Below are positions 1 through 9,416 of a DNA stretch of 64,000 nucleotides, in pieces. This stretch comes from an uncultured Fibrobacteria bacterium. GTDB taxonomy: Bacteria > Fibrobacterota > Fibrobacteria > UBA11236. The stretch spans positions 672,001 through 736,000 of the forward strand of contig OY970309.1 in NCBI GenBank assembly GCA_963716395.1, in the 5' to 3' direction. Made by a program: the position numbers and the translations under genes. Each line of letters begins with the position of its first letter. The stretch's first letter is position 1. Under the pieces are notes generated by a model that worked only from the letters and a program-made list of their open reading frames with translations, searched no databases and had not been told where the DNA came from.

Positions 1-2
1 GT

Positions 3-653
3 TTGATGGCTAATGTACTGGTCATTGCGATGGCGGTTTCTTTCGCTTCTGCACAGGAAGTGACCTCGATCGGCAGGCAATCAAAGGCCCTACTTTTCAC
101 TTTCAATGGTTTAAATAATCTTGGCGCCGGCAGTTATGCCGGTGGCGTCGGTGCCAAATATTTCTTGACGGATGTCACAGCCTTGCGCGGCGGCCTTCAA
201 TTCGCGAGCACCAATACGAGTACTCCCTCCAATGTAACGGGTGGAACGGACGGCTCGAATTCGGCTCTTACCTATGGCCTTAACGCCGGGCTCGAATATC
301 ATTTGACAGCGAACCGCGTCAGCCCTTACGTGGGGGGAATGTTGGACGTCTCCAGCACCACGACCGAAGTGAAGTCCGTGGTGAATGTCGCCGGCGGACA
401 GCAAACCACCACAAAAAATGCCGGCACCTCCGACGCCGGATTGAGTTTGGGCCTCGGTGGCATTGCGGGCGTGGAGTTCTTCTTGACCAAGGAAATCAGC
501 CTGGCCGCTGAATACCAACTGGGGTATGGCCTGACTTCGCATTACGATCAAACGGCGACCACGGGGGCCACCACCATCACGACAAAAGAGGGTTCCACCT
601 CCACCATCGCCATTTCCAATACCGGCGGATTGACGCTGTCGGTGTATTTCTAA
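3..653 (+). CDS. Outer membrane beta-barrel protein (OmpA/porin-like); the N-terminus may be cut by the window edge
   Basis: Signal-peptide-like start (..AVSFASA-Q), alternating amphipathic Gly/aromatic strands (GLEYHL, SPYVGG, GVEFFL), C-terminal 'SVYF' with terminal Phe. Confidence 0.75.
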   Translation: MMANVLVIAMAVSFASAQEVTSIGRQSKALLFTFNGLNNLGAGSYAGGVGAKYFLTDVTALRGGLQFASTNTSTPSNVTGGTDGSNSALTYGLNAGLEYHLTANRVSPYVGGMLDVSSTTTEVKSVVNVAGGQQTTTKNAGTSDAGLSLGLGGIAGVEFFLTKEISLAAEYQLGYGLTSHYDQTATTGATTITTKEGSTSTIAISNTGGLTLSVYF

Positions 654-913
654 ACCCGAAGCTTTGAGTCTGCATCCCCCGACGGCGATGCAGACCTCTC
701 GAAAAAATCTCACGGGGGTATGCGGCTCAGCGACATAACGCATTCCCGGCCGCAGGCAGACCTCTGCGGCGCCATTCCCCGAATTATGCCGACTTCACTG
801 CCTCTTCGACAATTATCGGCGATGATTACAATTCAACCCATTGATGAAAGAACCGCATCGCAATATTTTCTGATCTCATGCTTCCTCACAATACAAAACA
901 CAAAGGAGTTCCC

Positions 914-1396
914 ATGCATAAGCTCGCTTCTCTTGCCGCTGCCTTCGGCTTGGCTTTGTCGGCCCATGCCGCCGAAGTGGGATTGAAAGGGATCGGATAT
1001 GACAGCAACCTGGGCCAGGCCACAGTGAGGCTGGGCCTCAGCGAATACGGAAACCTTGAGTTGGGCGCCGGCATGCGGTTCGATAATTCTGCGGCCACCA
1101 GTTCGCAAAAGTTTTCGCTGGGACTTTCCGCCACCTTTCTCGGCCAACTTCAGCATTGGAATGCGGTGGACAATTATTTCTACGGAGGCCTGGTCTTCAA
1201 TAAGCTGCCGCAGGCGAATAACAGCGCCCAGTTCGCCCTGGTCGCAGGGTTGCAGCCGGAAATCACTTTGATGCAACATTTCGCCATCGGCGTGCGGGTG
1301 GGGGCCGAAATGCAGGTTTCCCCCGACTTCCAATTTTACACCACCGGCGATCGCTTGAGCGTCGTGGACGGCATTCGCTTCACCCTCTTGTTCTGA
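914..1396 (+). CDS. Small outer membrane beta-barrel protein
   Basis: RBS AAGGAG at 903-908 before ATG 914; signal peptide MHKLASLAAAFGLALSAHA; amphipathic strands; ends 'GIRFTLLF'. Confidence 0.65.
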   Translation: MHKLASLAAAFGLALSAHAAEVGLKGIGYDSNLGQATVRLGLSEYGNLELGAGMRFDNSAATSSQKFSLGLSATFLGQLQHWNAVDNYFYGGLVFNKLPQANNSAQFALVAGLQPEITLMQHFAIGVRVGAEMQVSPDFQFYTTGDRLSVVDGIRFTLLF

Positions 1397-1415
1397 ACCG
1401 GCCTCAAGCGCAGCC

Positions 1416-1447
1416 GACGCCCGTCGCGCGACGGGCGTTTTTTGTTT
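1416..1447 (+). terminator. Rho-independent terminator
   Basis: Hairpin ACGCCCGTCG-CG-CGACGGGCGT followed by TTTTTGTTT, between convergent genes. Confidence 0.8.
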
Positions 1448-1452
1448 GGGGC

Positions 1453-2517
1453 TTAGACCGCGCCGTAACCCGTCGGCCCGAATAAGGCGGTGATGGCGTC
1501 TTCGCCATAGCCGGCCGCCCGCAGCGGCGCCCGCACCTCTTCTTCAAGCTGCGGGACAAAACTCACAATCGCTTCGAAGCCATTCGCACCCCGTAATTCC
1601 ACGGCGTCGTGGCAGGCGGGCACCAATACCGTATCGCCTTTGGACACCGAAGTCGCGGCGCCGCCGGCGGCGGTGATCGTGCCGGAACCGCTGAGAACGC
1701 TGATCACCCGGAACCTGCGGCGGGTCTCCAACTCGACCGGGCCGCGCAGCCCGTGCCATTTTACCAGGGCGAAGTAAGGGCAGGCCACGAGATAGTCTTC
1801 GCGATGCGAGGCCTTTTCCACCGTAAGCGGCGGAATAGCGTAACCTGTATGTTCCTCCAGGTCGGCGACCTCCGCCGCTTGCGCAAGGTGCAGCGGCCGC
1901 GCCCGCCCCTGCGCATCGACCCGGCCCCAATCATACAGGCGAAAGGTGGTGTCGGAGTTCTGCTGCACTTCGTACAGCAAAAGGCCTTCGGTTATCGCAT
2001 GCACGGTGCCGGCGGGAATGAAGAACACCTCGCCGGGCCGCGCGGGCCAGCGCCGCAATGCCTCTTCGCAGCGCGGTGATTGCAGCAGACGTAGAAGCTC
2101 GGCGCGCGAACGGCCGCGGCCAGCGACCCCGACGATCAATTCCGCCCCGGGCCGGGCCGCGACCACATACCAGCATTCGGTTTTCGCTTCACCCAAATCC
2201 GATCCTGCGCCGGGATGCACCTGCACCGAAAGTTTTTCCCGGGCGGAAATGAACTTGTACAGCAGCGGGAAACGCCCCGCCGCCTCGCCCAATAAATCGC
2301 GGCCATGGCGTCGGATCAACTCCGACAAACCCACGCCGTCGTATTCGCCACCGTCGACCCGGGTTTCGGCTTCGGGGCGATCCGAAAGCTCCCACGACTC
2401 CCCCAACCCCGTCGCTCCGGGCGTGCCTTTGCCGAGCACGCGCGTCAATCCGTCGCCGCCCCAGGGTTTGGGCAACAGCATGGGCCGGAATTTCAAGAGC
2501 GGAATCGGCGGGGACAT
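1453..2517 (-). CDS. manA: Type I phosphomannose isomerase (cupin)
   Basis: Motifs KPWGG, GESWE, FPLLYKF, LSVQVHP, KTECWY, PAGTVHAI, EVQQNSDTTFRLYDW. Confidence 0.88.
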   Translation of the reverse strand: MSPPIPLLKFRPMLLPKPWGGDGLTRVLGKGTPGATGLGESWELSDRPEAETRVDGGEYDGVGLSELIRRHGRDLLGEAAGRFPLLYKFISAREKLSVQVHPGAGSDLGEAKTECWYVVAARPGAELIVGVAGRGRSRAELLRLLQSPRCEEALRRWPARPGEVFFIPAGTVHAITEGLLLYEVQQNSDTTFRLYDWGRVDAQGRARPLHLAQAAEVADLEEHTGYAIPPLTVEKASHREDYLVACPYFALVKWHGLRGPVELETRRRFRVISVLSGSGTITAAGGAATSVSKGDTVLVPACHDAVELRGANGFEAIVSFVPQLEEEVRAPLRAAGYGEDAITALFGPTGYGAV

Positions 2518-2585
2518 CGCCCACAAAATGCAAAAGCCGCGGGCGGAAAAGCGAAGCTGAAAGCGGAACCGAACCGGGCGGGCGA

Positions 2586-3050
2586 TCAGGCTGCAGCGGT
2601 GCGGATTTTTTCGCCGCGATGGTTTTCTTCGGTTTGGATCAGGCTGGAATAACTGCCGAAGGGATTCAGGGACATCCCTTTGGGCAAGAGCACGGTTTCC
2701 GAAAAGTCTTCGAAAGTTTCGAAGAGGCGGCCTTCGAAAATCTGGTTGAAGCCGATGGTGGCGAACAGAAACTGGATGTAATCGGACCCGCTGACGATGA
2801 AAACGTCGCCGCCCTCATCCTGTACCTTCTTCATGTTGAAGATCAGGGCGCCGATGCCGCCGCTGCACAAAAAGGTCACTTCATCGAGATTGAAGACGAT
2901 GAAGGTGCAGCCCTTCTCCACCATTTTCAAAATCTGGGTGTCGAGAATCCGCGAATTGTCCCAGCCCACCTTGCCTTTGATGATGAACAGGGCCACTTTT
3001 CCATTGCTGTTGATACGCAGTTCCATACCATCTCCATTTTCAGTCGTCAC
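2586..3050 (-). CDS. STAS domain protein / anti-sigma factor antagonist
   Basis: IVFNLDEVTFLCSGGIGAL resembles the SpoIIAA/RsbV 'DLxxVxFxDSSGLG' motif; size fits. Confidence 0.75.
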   Translation of the reverse strand: MTTENGDGMELRINSNGKVALFIIKGKVGWDNSRILDTQILKMVEKGCTFIVFNLDEVTFLCSGGIGALIFNMKKVQDEGGDVFIVSGSDYIQFLFATIGFNQIFEGRLFETFEDFSETVLLPKGMSLNPFGSYSSLIQTEENHRGEKIRTAAA

Positions 3051-3820
3051 GACGCGGCATCAGAAGCCTCGGGTTGCGCGGTGACGGGCTGATTATAGAG
3101 GGTGGACCGCCAGGCTTCAAGTCGGCTCTGGAGCTTTTTGTTGGTTGCGTCAAAGGTATCCCGCGTCAATTGCCCGGCCGCGCCCGGCACATCGCCGGTC
3201 ACGGCGGACGCGGTTTGGAATCCCTGCTTCACCGCGTCCACGATGGTTTGGACAAATGCTTGCGGATCGGCGCCGTGAGCCGAGGCGAATTGCATGGCGA
3301 AATCCACGATGCGGTCGGACGTGTTTTCGGCGTTCCAATAAGGGTCCAGGCCGGAGAGGGAATTTTGCGCATCCGTTTGGGGAGCTTGGGAATCGGCGGC
3401 CGCAGCGCTTTCCGGCGTCATTTCCACCTGCCTCTCGATCACGGGGATGGACGCCGGCGCGGAATCGGGAGCTGAGCTGTCGCCGGCACACCCGGCCGTG
3501 GCCAATGCCTGTCCCACCGAAGCCATCCATTGTTGACGCAACTCGTGCTGCATTTGCGCGATTATTTTCCACCGGCCGCTCTCGGCCAAAGGCACGGAAT
3601 CCGCAATTGCGGGCGTTGCGCCGCCCGTGCCCGGGGCGGTAGCCCCCGCTTCCGAGGGTAGCCCCGGCATTAATCCCGACAATTCCACGACATCTCCGCT
3701 CTTCCGGTGCCAACCGGAATCCGCCTTTTTCGAACCCAAGAGGGCGGAACGGTTCGCCCTCGTATTTGCGGCAAATGCGGGAGGGGAAATTTGCGAATTC
3801 GTGACGGAAGGTACGGGCAT
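3047..3820 (-). CDS. Hypothetical protein with a DUF5610-like C-terminal domain
   Basis: YWNAENTSDRIVDFAM...DAVKQGFQTA resembles DUF5610 proteins; low-complexity N-terminus; stop overlaps the STAS start; start codon uncertain. Confidence 0.5.
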   Translation of the reverse strand: MPVPSVTNSQISPPAFAANTRANRSALLGSKKADSGWHRKSGDVVELSGLMPGLPSEAGATAPGTGGATPAIADSVPLAESGRWKIIAQMQHELRQQWMASVGQALATAGCAGDSSAPDSAPASIPVIERQVEMTPESAAAADSQAPQTDAQNSLSGLDPYWNAENTSDRIVDFAMQFASAHGADPQAFVQTIVDAVKQGFQTASAVTGDVPGAAGQLTRDTFDATNKKLQSRLEAWRSTLYNQPVTAQPEASDAAS

Positions 3821-4096
3821 TTCATTCCTATCGCCGACCCAGGTGGCGGAGTTTCTCCTCACTTCGGCGCGGGTTGCACAAACTTGAGAGAATTCTTTAT
3901 GATGGACGTGAAATCCCCAGAAGCGTTGAAAAAGTCTGTGGACTCATTGTGGACGAGCCTTGATGTAAACAAGACATTGGGCGGCTCTCCCTCGGCATAG
4001 CCGGGACAAAATGAGGAAAAATATTTCTGGAATTGCTTACACTTTCAAGGAAACAATCGAAATTATCTTATCAATCCCTTGAGGAATTCCCGCGAC

Positions 4097-5467
4097 ATGG
4101 AAGCCAGCATTCAATCCGACCTATCCCCCCAATTTCTGTGGAACAAACTTCTCAATCTGCTGCGCACGCGCATTCCCGAAACCGCCTTTAACACCTGGTT
4201 CACCCATCTCGGCCTGGCCGCAGTGGAAAAAGACCGCCTGGACGTGAGCGTGCCCAATGCCTTTGTGCTGGAATACGTCGAGCATCATTACCAGGCGATT
4301 CTGGAAGGCGCGGCGGCCGAAATTCTGGGTCGCCCGATGCCGGTGGTGTTCGTAGTGGCCGAAGCCCCGGTGCTGTCCGTGTTCCAGCCCGAGCCGGTGG
4401 AAGAAGAACCGGCCCGTAGCCGGGCTGCGGTGTTCGTCGACGTGTCGGTTCCCCTCAACACCGCCTACGACTTCGAGAATTTTGTAATCGGCGACTGCAA
4501 TCAGTTGGCCCATGCGGCGTGCATGGCCGTGGCACAGGCTCCGGGCCGCAACAAATTCAACCCTCTCACCCTGTACGGCGGAACGGGCATGGGCAAAACC
4601 CATTTGCTCCAAGCCATCGCGCATTTCTGCGGCGAAAATGAAACCGTGCGCAAGCTGGTTTACCGCACCTCCGAGGAATTCACGCGCGAATACATCGAGT
4701 TTGTGCAGAAGAACAAGGATTCCCGCGCCTTTTACAAGGTGTACAAAGACGCCGACATTCTTTTGATCGACGACATTCAATTCCTGGCCGGCAAGCAAAG
4801 CACGCAAGACGAGTTCTTCAATATCTTCAGCGTGTTGCAATCTTTCGAGCGCCAAATCGTGATCACCTCGGATCGGCCGCCCGCGCAAATCCAGGGTCTA
4901 CACGCGCGCCTCTTGTCGCGTTTCGATACCGGTCTGCTGGCCGACCTGCAGCCGCCCAACCTCGAAACCCGTCTCGCCATCCTGCGCAAGAAGGCCGAGT
5001 TCGACGGCGATTCCTGCGTCAATGAAGACGTGTTGAATTATGTCGCCAACCACGTCACCTCCAACGTGCGCGAACTCGAAGGCACGCTCATCAAGCTGTC
5101 GGCCTACGCCGACTTCACCCATACGCCCATCACCGTGGACATCGCCAAGGAAATCCTGGGCGACACCCTGCGCAATCAAAATCGGCGCGTGACCATCAAA
5201 CGCATCATCGAAGTCGTGGCCGCCGAATTCGGCCTGCCCCCGGCGCTGTTGTCGTCGCAGACGCGCAAGAAGAACGTGGCCGAACCCCGTCATGCGGCCA
5301 TGTATCTGGCCCGCCAACTCACCGACAATTCGCTGCACACCATCGGTCTGGCCTTCGGCCGCGACTATTCGACCGTCATCCACAGCATCAAGCGGGTGGA
5401 GCAAATGACCGACCGCGACCCGGTGCTGCGCCAGCAAATCGACCGCCTGCGCTCTACCTTGGCCTGA
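4097..5467 (+). CDS. dnaA: Chromosomal replication initiator DnaA
   Basis: Domain I (FNTWF..VPNAF), FENFVIG, NPLTLYGGTGMGKTHLL Walker A, LLIDDIQF Walker B, SNVRELEG, domain IV PRHAAMYL...GRDYSTVIHS. Confidence 0.97.
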   Translation: MEASIQSDLSPQFLWNKLLNLLRTRIPETAFNTWFTHLGLAAVEKDRLDVSVPNAFVLEYVEHHYQAILEGAAAEILGRPMPVVFVVAEAPVLSVFQPEPVEEEPARSRAAVFVDVSVPLNTAYDFENFVIGDCNQLAHAACMAVAQAPGRNKFNPLTLYGGTGMGKTHLLQAIAHFCGENETVRKLVYRTSEEFTREYIEFVQKNKDSRAFYKVYKDADILLIDDIQFLAGKQSTQDEFFNIFSVLQSFERQIVITSDRPPAQIQGLHARLLSRFDTGLLADLQPPNLETRLAILRKKAEFDGDSCVNEDVLNYVANHVTSNVRELEGTLIKLSAYADFTHTPITVDIAKEILGDTLRNQNRRVTIKRIIEVVAAEFGLPPALLSSQTRKKNVAEPRHAAMYLARQLTDNSLHTIGLAFGRDYSTVIHSIKRVEQMTDRDPVLRQQIDRLRSTLA

Positions 5468-5683
5468 TCCGGCCGGGCCGCAGTCGACGCCGCCTTTTCC
5501 GATTGCGCGCGCCCCCATCGTCCGAACCGGATCGAACGATTATTTTGAGAGGGCCTTTCATCATCGGTCCGCCAACGGCGGAAGGTCCGAGCCCGGTTCC
5601 CCCGCCTGACGAGGGATGCCGAACGAGCTTCCGAGGATGTGAGTCGCCCTGAAGCCTGAGCCCTTCGCAAAGGAAAACCGCCC

Positions 5684-6376
5684 ATGCATGAATCCGCATT
5701 CCTGACCATCCTTAGCCAAGCCGGAGTTTCCACCTGGACCGTGGTGGGGGTCATGTTTCTGCTTTCGATCGGGGTGTGGACCCTCCTCATCCAAAAATGG
5801 CTGAGCCATGGCGGTAAGCGCCGTTCCTATTCCAAATGGGAAATGCTGCTGGGCGCCAAGCCTGCTTTGCAGGATTTTGTCAAGCTCATGAAAAGCCTGC
5901 CCAGCACTCCCATGGGACGCATCACCCAGGGGGCGCTGAATGAAATCGAAGGGCTGGCGCAATACGTGTCGTATGATTCCCTGGAGGCGCGCGGCCAACT
6001 GGTGAACGAGGCCATCGACCGCGCTGTGGACGGCGAAAAAGAGGTCAATGAACGCGGCATGACCTATCTCGCCTTTTGCACCGCCACCGGACCGCTGATT
6101 GGATTGCTGGGTACGGTGTGGGGCATCATGGATACCTTTTACCAAATCGGCCAACAGGGTTCGGCCAACATCACCGTGGTGGCCCCCGGCATCGCCAAAG
6201 CCCTCATGGCCGTGTTTTCCGGTCTGTGCGTGGCCATACCCGCTTCGCTGGGGTATAACGCCTCGGCGGGTTTCAACCGCAAATCCGAGTCCATTCTGTA
6301 CGGCTTCGGTTCCGAAGTGGTGAGCGCCTTCAAGCGCGGCGATCTGTTGGCCCTGGAACGCGCCACGCGCACCTGA
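5684..6376 (+). CDS. tolQ: TolQ/ExbB proton channel
   Basis: GPLIGLLGTVWGIM and VVAPGIAKAL..GLCVAIPA motifs; first gene of the tol-pal cluster. Confidence 0.88.
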   Translation: MHESAFLTILSQAGVSTWTVVGVMFLLSIGVWTLLIQKWLSHGGKRRSYSKWEMLLGAKPALQDFVKLMKSLPSTPMGRITQGALNEIEGLAQYVSYDSLEARGQLVNEAIDRAVDGEKEVNERGMTYLAFCTATGPLIGLLGTVWGIMDTFYQIGQQGSANITVVAPGIAKALMAVFSGLCVAIPASLGYNASAGFNRKSESILYGFGSEVVSAFKRGDLLALERATRT

Positions 6377-6383
6377 GCATCCC

Positions 6384-6794
6384 ATGCGGCGCCGCGAATC
6401 GCTCAAGGTCAACGCCGAGCTGAACATCATCAATTTGATCGATGTCATCTTCGCCATTCTGGTCGTGTTCATGATCACCGCACCCTTGATGAGCCAGGGC
6501 GTCAAGGTTGAATTGCCCAAAACCCAGGCCGCCAGCCTGGAGGAGAAAAAAGCCATCGAGGTGACCATCACCAAACAGCGGGAAATCCTGATCAACGAGG
6601 TTGCCTCGGATCTTCAGGACTTCGAAAAAGATTTCCGCACCGTCTTCACGGGCGATCCCCAAACCGCCATCATCATCAACTGCGATCAAACCGTGCCCTA
6701 CGGCTTCGTGATGCAAATCGTGGCTGCCGTGCAGCGGCAGGGGGGGCAACGCCTCGGTTTCCTCACCGACCCCACGGTGCAGGAGCGGCGTTGA
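6384..6794 (+). CDS. tolR: TolR/ExbD
   Basis: ELNIINLIDVIFAILVVFMITAP transmembrane motif with the essential Asp; VELPK. Confidence 0.88.
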   Translation: MRRRESLKVNAELNIINLIDVIFAILVVFMITAPLMSQGVKVELPKTQAASLEEKKAIEVTITKQREILINEVASDLQDFEKDFRTVFTGDPQTAIIINCDQTVPYGFVMQIVAAVQRQGGQRLGFLTDPTVQERR

Positions 6795-6803
6795 GGCGCG
6801 GCC

Positions 6804-7502
6804 ATGGCACCGGCCCCTCCCACCCAAAGATCCCAACGCTGGAAATCGGAGCGCTCGGGGCTGGCCATGGCCCTGTCGGCCCTGCTGCACAGCACGGCGT
6901 TGACGGGGTTTTTTCTATTGCATCTCTTCGCGCCCCATGGCCCGGTCACCGTGCCCACCTTCAACCTGGTGGCGCTCGAACCTCCGAAGCTGCGGCCGCT
7001 GCGGCCGAAAAGCATCACGCCGCCGCCGCCCAAACCCGAGGAAACCCGCGCCCCCGAAGCGCCCAGGCTGACGCCCAAACCCAAAGCCGTGACGCGCCCC
7101 CGTCCCGAACCGAAACACGTCCGCCAAGACCAAGACACCACCAAGCCGATGCAGGACGTAGCCAAAGAAAGCGCGCAGATCACCACCACCGTGGTGTCGC
7201 ATGTCCCCTCGGATCCGCGGCTTTCTTTTTGGGCCCGCCGCGTCAAAGAAATGGTGGAGTCGCACTGGAATCCGCCTTCGGGCATTTCCATCCAAGGCAC
7301 GGTGAAAACCGTGGTGAACTTTTCCGTGGCCCGCGACGGTTCCATTTCCAACATCAGCGTGTCGCAAGGGTCGGGCAACACCCTGCTCGACGGACTCGCG
7401 CAACAAACCATCCAACGCCTCGACCACACGCCCCCGATTCCCCCGAACTTTCCCGACGACGTATTGCAGGTGAGCTATGAATTCGTTTATCAGGGCCAAT
7501 AA
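6804..7502 (+). CDS. tolA: TolA/TonB-type energy transducer
   Basis: SxxxH transmembrane motif (LSALLH), Pro-rich linker, TonB_C-like domain (HWNPP...SGNTLLD); gene order. Confidence 0.8.
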   Translation: MAPAPPTQRSQRWKSERSGLAMALSALLHSTALTGFFLLHLFAPHGPVTVPTFNLVALEPPKLRPLRPKSITPPPPKPEETRAPEAPRLTPKPKAVTRPRPEPKHVRQDQDTTKPMQDVAKESAQITTTVVSHVPSDPRLSFWARRVKEMVESHWNPPSGISIQGTVKTVVNFSVARDGSISNISVSQGSGNTLLDGLAQQTIQRLDHTPPIPPNFPDDVLQVSYEFVYQGQ

Positions 7503-7539
7503 GCCTTTCGCCCCGGTTCGCCTTCCACGGAATCTCTCC

Positions 7540-8793
7540 GTGCGGGTTTTCGTTTTCGCCCTGCTTTTTGGTCTCTCCGCCACCTTCGCCGCCGACGTGG
7601 TCATCACCTCGGAGCAGAAAGGCGCCGATGTGATTCCCCTGGGCTTCGTGGATTTCCCCTGCACCAAAGGCGCGCCGCCCGCTTATCAGCAATCGCCCGA
7701 TTCGGTGTTGGCCAACGACCTGCGCTTCAGCGGCAGATTTCGACTGGATCGATCGGTGCTGCTCGACACGCTTTCCAAAGCGCAGTTCAAGCAGGACAGC
7801 GCCCTGGCCTATTTGCAGGGCAAGTACGCCTTCGACGACGGCAAATTCATGCTGCAATGCGAACTCGACGACATCAATTCGGGCCAACCCATTCTGAACA
7901 AAGTCTATTCGGGTCCCGCGAACCAATTGCGCAGCGCCGCCCACCAGTTCGCCGACGAACTGGTCTACCAGCTCTTCGGCGAAAAAGGCATTGCGCAGAC
8001 CCGCATCGCCTATGTCAAAAAGCGGGGCGCCGGCAAGGAGATTTACGTCATGGATTACGACGGCGTAAACTCGCACCAGGTCACGCACAACGGTTCGATC
8101 AACCTCGGACCCATCTTTCTCGGCGCCCAGGATAAAATCCTGTTCACCAGTTTCGCCGCCGGCGTGCCCAAATTCTTTCTGGCCGATCTCACCGCGGGTG
8201 GGAATCCCAAACTGGTATACCCTTCCAAAGGCATGAACAGCGCCTCGAGTTACGATCCGCTGGACAAGGAAATCGCCTATGCGTCGAGCGTGGACGGCAA
8301 CAGCGAAATTTTCCGCCGGCCCGTCGACGGCGGCAAGGCCACGCGCCTGACTTTTTCGGAGAGCATCGAAACCTCGCCCAGTTGGTCCCCCAACGGCTAT
8401 GAAATCGTCTTCATGTCCGACCGCAGCGGCCAACCCATGCTGTACGTGATGGATCGCGACGGATCCAATACCCGCCGCATCACCTACGACTACAATTATT
8501 GCGGCGGACCGGCTTGGTCGCCCAAGGGGGATCGCATCGCCTTCGCCGCCATGGACGAAGGCAACAATTTCAACATCTACACCATTTCGCCCGACGGCTC
8601 CAATCCGGTGAAGCTCACCACCGGCGCGGGCAGCAATGAACATCCGTCTTGGAGTCCCGACGGCCGGCACCTGGTGTTCATGTCGACGCGCACGGGCTCC
8701 CCGGAAATTTTTGTCATGGATGCCGACGGCAAAAACGTGACCCGGATCAGTTATTCCGGGGGAAACTCGATGCCCTCGTGGTCGGGTTACTGA
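7540..8793 (+). CDS. tolB: Tol-Pal beta-propeller protein TolB
   Basis: TolB_N (NDLRFSGRF, AAHQFADE), TRIAYV, repeated PD40 motifs PSWSPNG/PAWSPKG/PSWSPDG; GTG start inferred. Confidence 0.93.
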   Translation: MRVFVFALLFGLSATFAADVVITSEQKGADVIPLGFVDFPCTKGAPPAYQQSPDSVLANDLRFSGRFRLDRSVLLDTLSKAQFKQDSALAYLQGKYAFDDGKFMLQCELDDINSGQPILNKVYSGPANQLRSAAHQFADELVYQLFGEKGIAQTRIAYVKKRGAGKEIYVMDYDGVNSHQVTHNGSINLGPIFLGAQDKILFTSFAAGVPKFFLADLTAGGNPKLVYPSKGMNSASSYDPLDKEIAYASSVDGNSEIFRRPVDGGKATRLTFSESIETSPSWSPNGYEIVFMSDRSGQPMLYVMDRDGSNTRRITYDYNYCGGPAWSPKGDRIAFAAMDEGNNFNIYTISPDGSNPVKLTTGAGSNEHPSWSPDGRHLVFMSTRTGSPEIFVMDADGKNVTRISYSGGNSMPSWSGY

Positions 8794-8886
8794 CTGATAC
8801 CAAGTTGAAATTTTGAAATCGCTCCAGGATTTGTTTAGTTTGGTGGTTAAACCATCCCATTTCCGGAAAAGCGTAAGGAGCAACCC

Positions 8887-9411
8887 ATGAAAGCCAAACA
8901 ATGGACCCTGCTAGGCCTACTCGGTGTCGCCTTCATCCTCGGCTGCGCCAAAAAGCCGCCTCCCGCTCCTCCGCCGGAACCGGCAGCGCCTCAGGTTCAG
9001 GCGCCGGCCCCGACGCCGCCGCCGCCGCCGGTCGACACCGAAGCGGAACACCGTCAACACATTCAGGCGCGCATCGCCGAAACCTTCAAGCCGATTTATT
9101 TCGCTTACGATAAGAGCGAACTTACCGATGACAGCAAGGCCACGTGCCAGGCCATCGGCGACTTGATGAAGGAAGTGCCGGAAATCACGGTGCGCATCGA
9201 AGGCAACACCGACGAACGCGGCACCGAAGAATACAACTTGGCCTTGGGTGAACGCCGCGCCAAATCGGTGCAGGATTATCTCACCAGTTACGGCGTCGCG
9301 GCTTCCCGCATGTCCATCATCAGCTACGGCAAGGAAAAGCCGGCGGTGGAAGGTCATGACGAGGCCGCCTGGGCCAAAAACCGGCGAGACGAATTCACCA
9401 CGACGTTTTAG
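8887..9411 (+). CDS. pal: Peptidoglycan-associated lipoprotein Pal
   Basis: Lipobox ILGC; IYFAYD, IEGNTDERGTEEYNLALGERRA, SYGKEKP, KNRR; RBS AAGGAG. Confidence 0.95.
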   Translation: MKAKQWTLLGLLGVAFILGCAKKPPPAPPPEPAAPQVQAPAPTPPPPPVDTEAEHRQHIQARIAETFKPIYFAYDKSELTDDSKATCQAIGDLMKEVPEITVRIEGNTDERGTEEYNLALGERRAKSVQDYLTSYGVAASRMSIISYGKEKPAVEGHDEAAWAKNRRDEFTTTF

Positions 9412-9416
9412 GTCAA

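Noticed and set aside
668-695. Hairpin GTCTGCATC...GATGCAGAC after the first gene
   Set aside because: There is no adjacent U tract and I saw no second copy, so it is not called as a terminator or REP
5600-5630. CTGACGA...GAAC resembling a hammerhead ribozyme core
   Set aside because: GAAA is replaced by GAAC, stem II is very weak, and no convincing stems I/III or cleavage triplet are present
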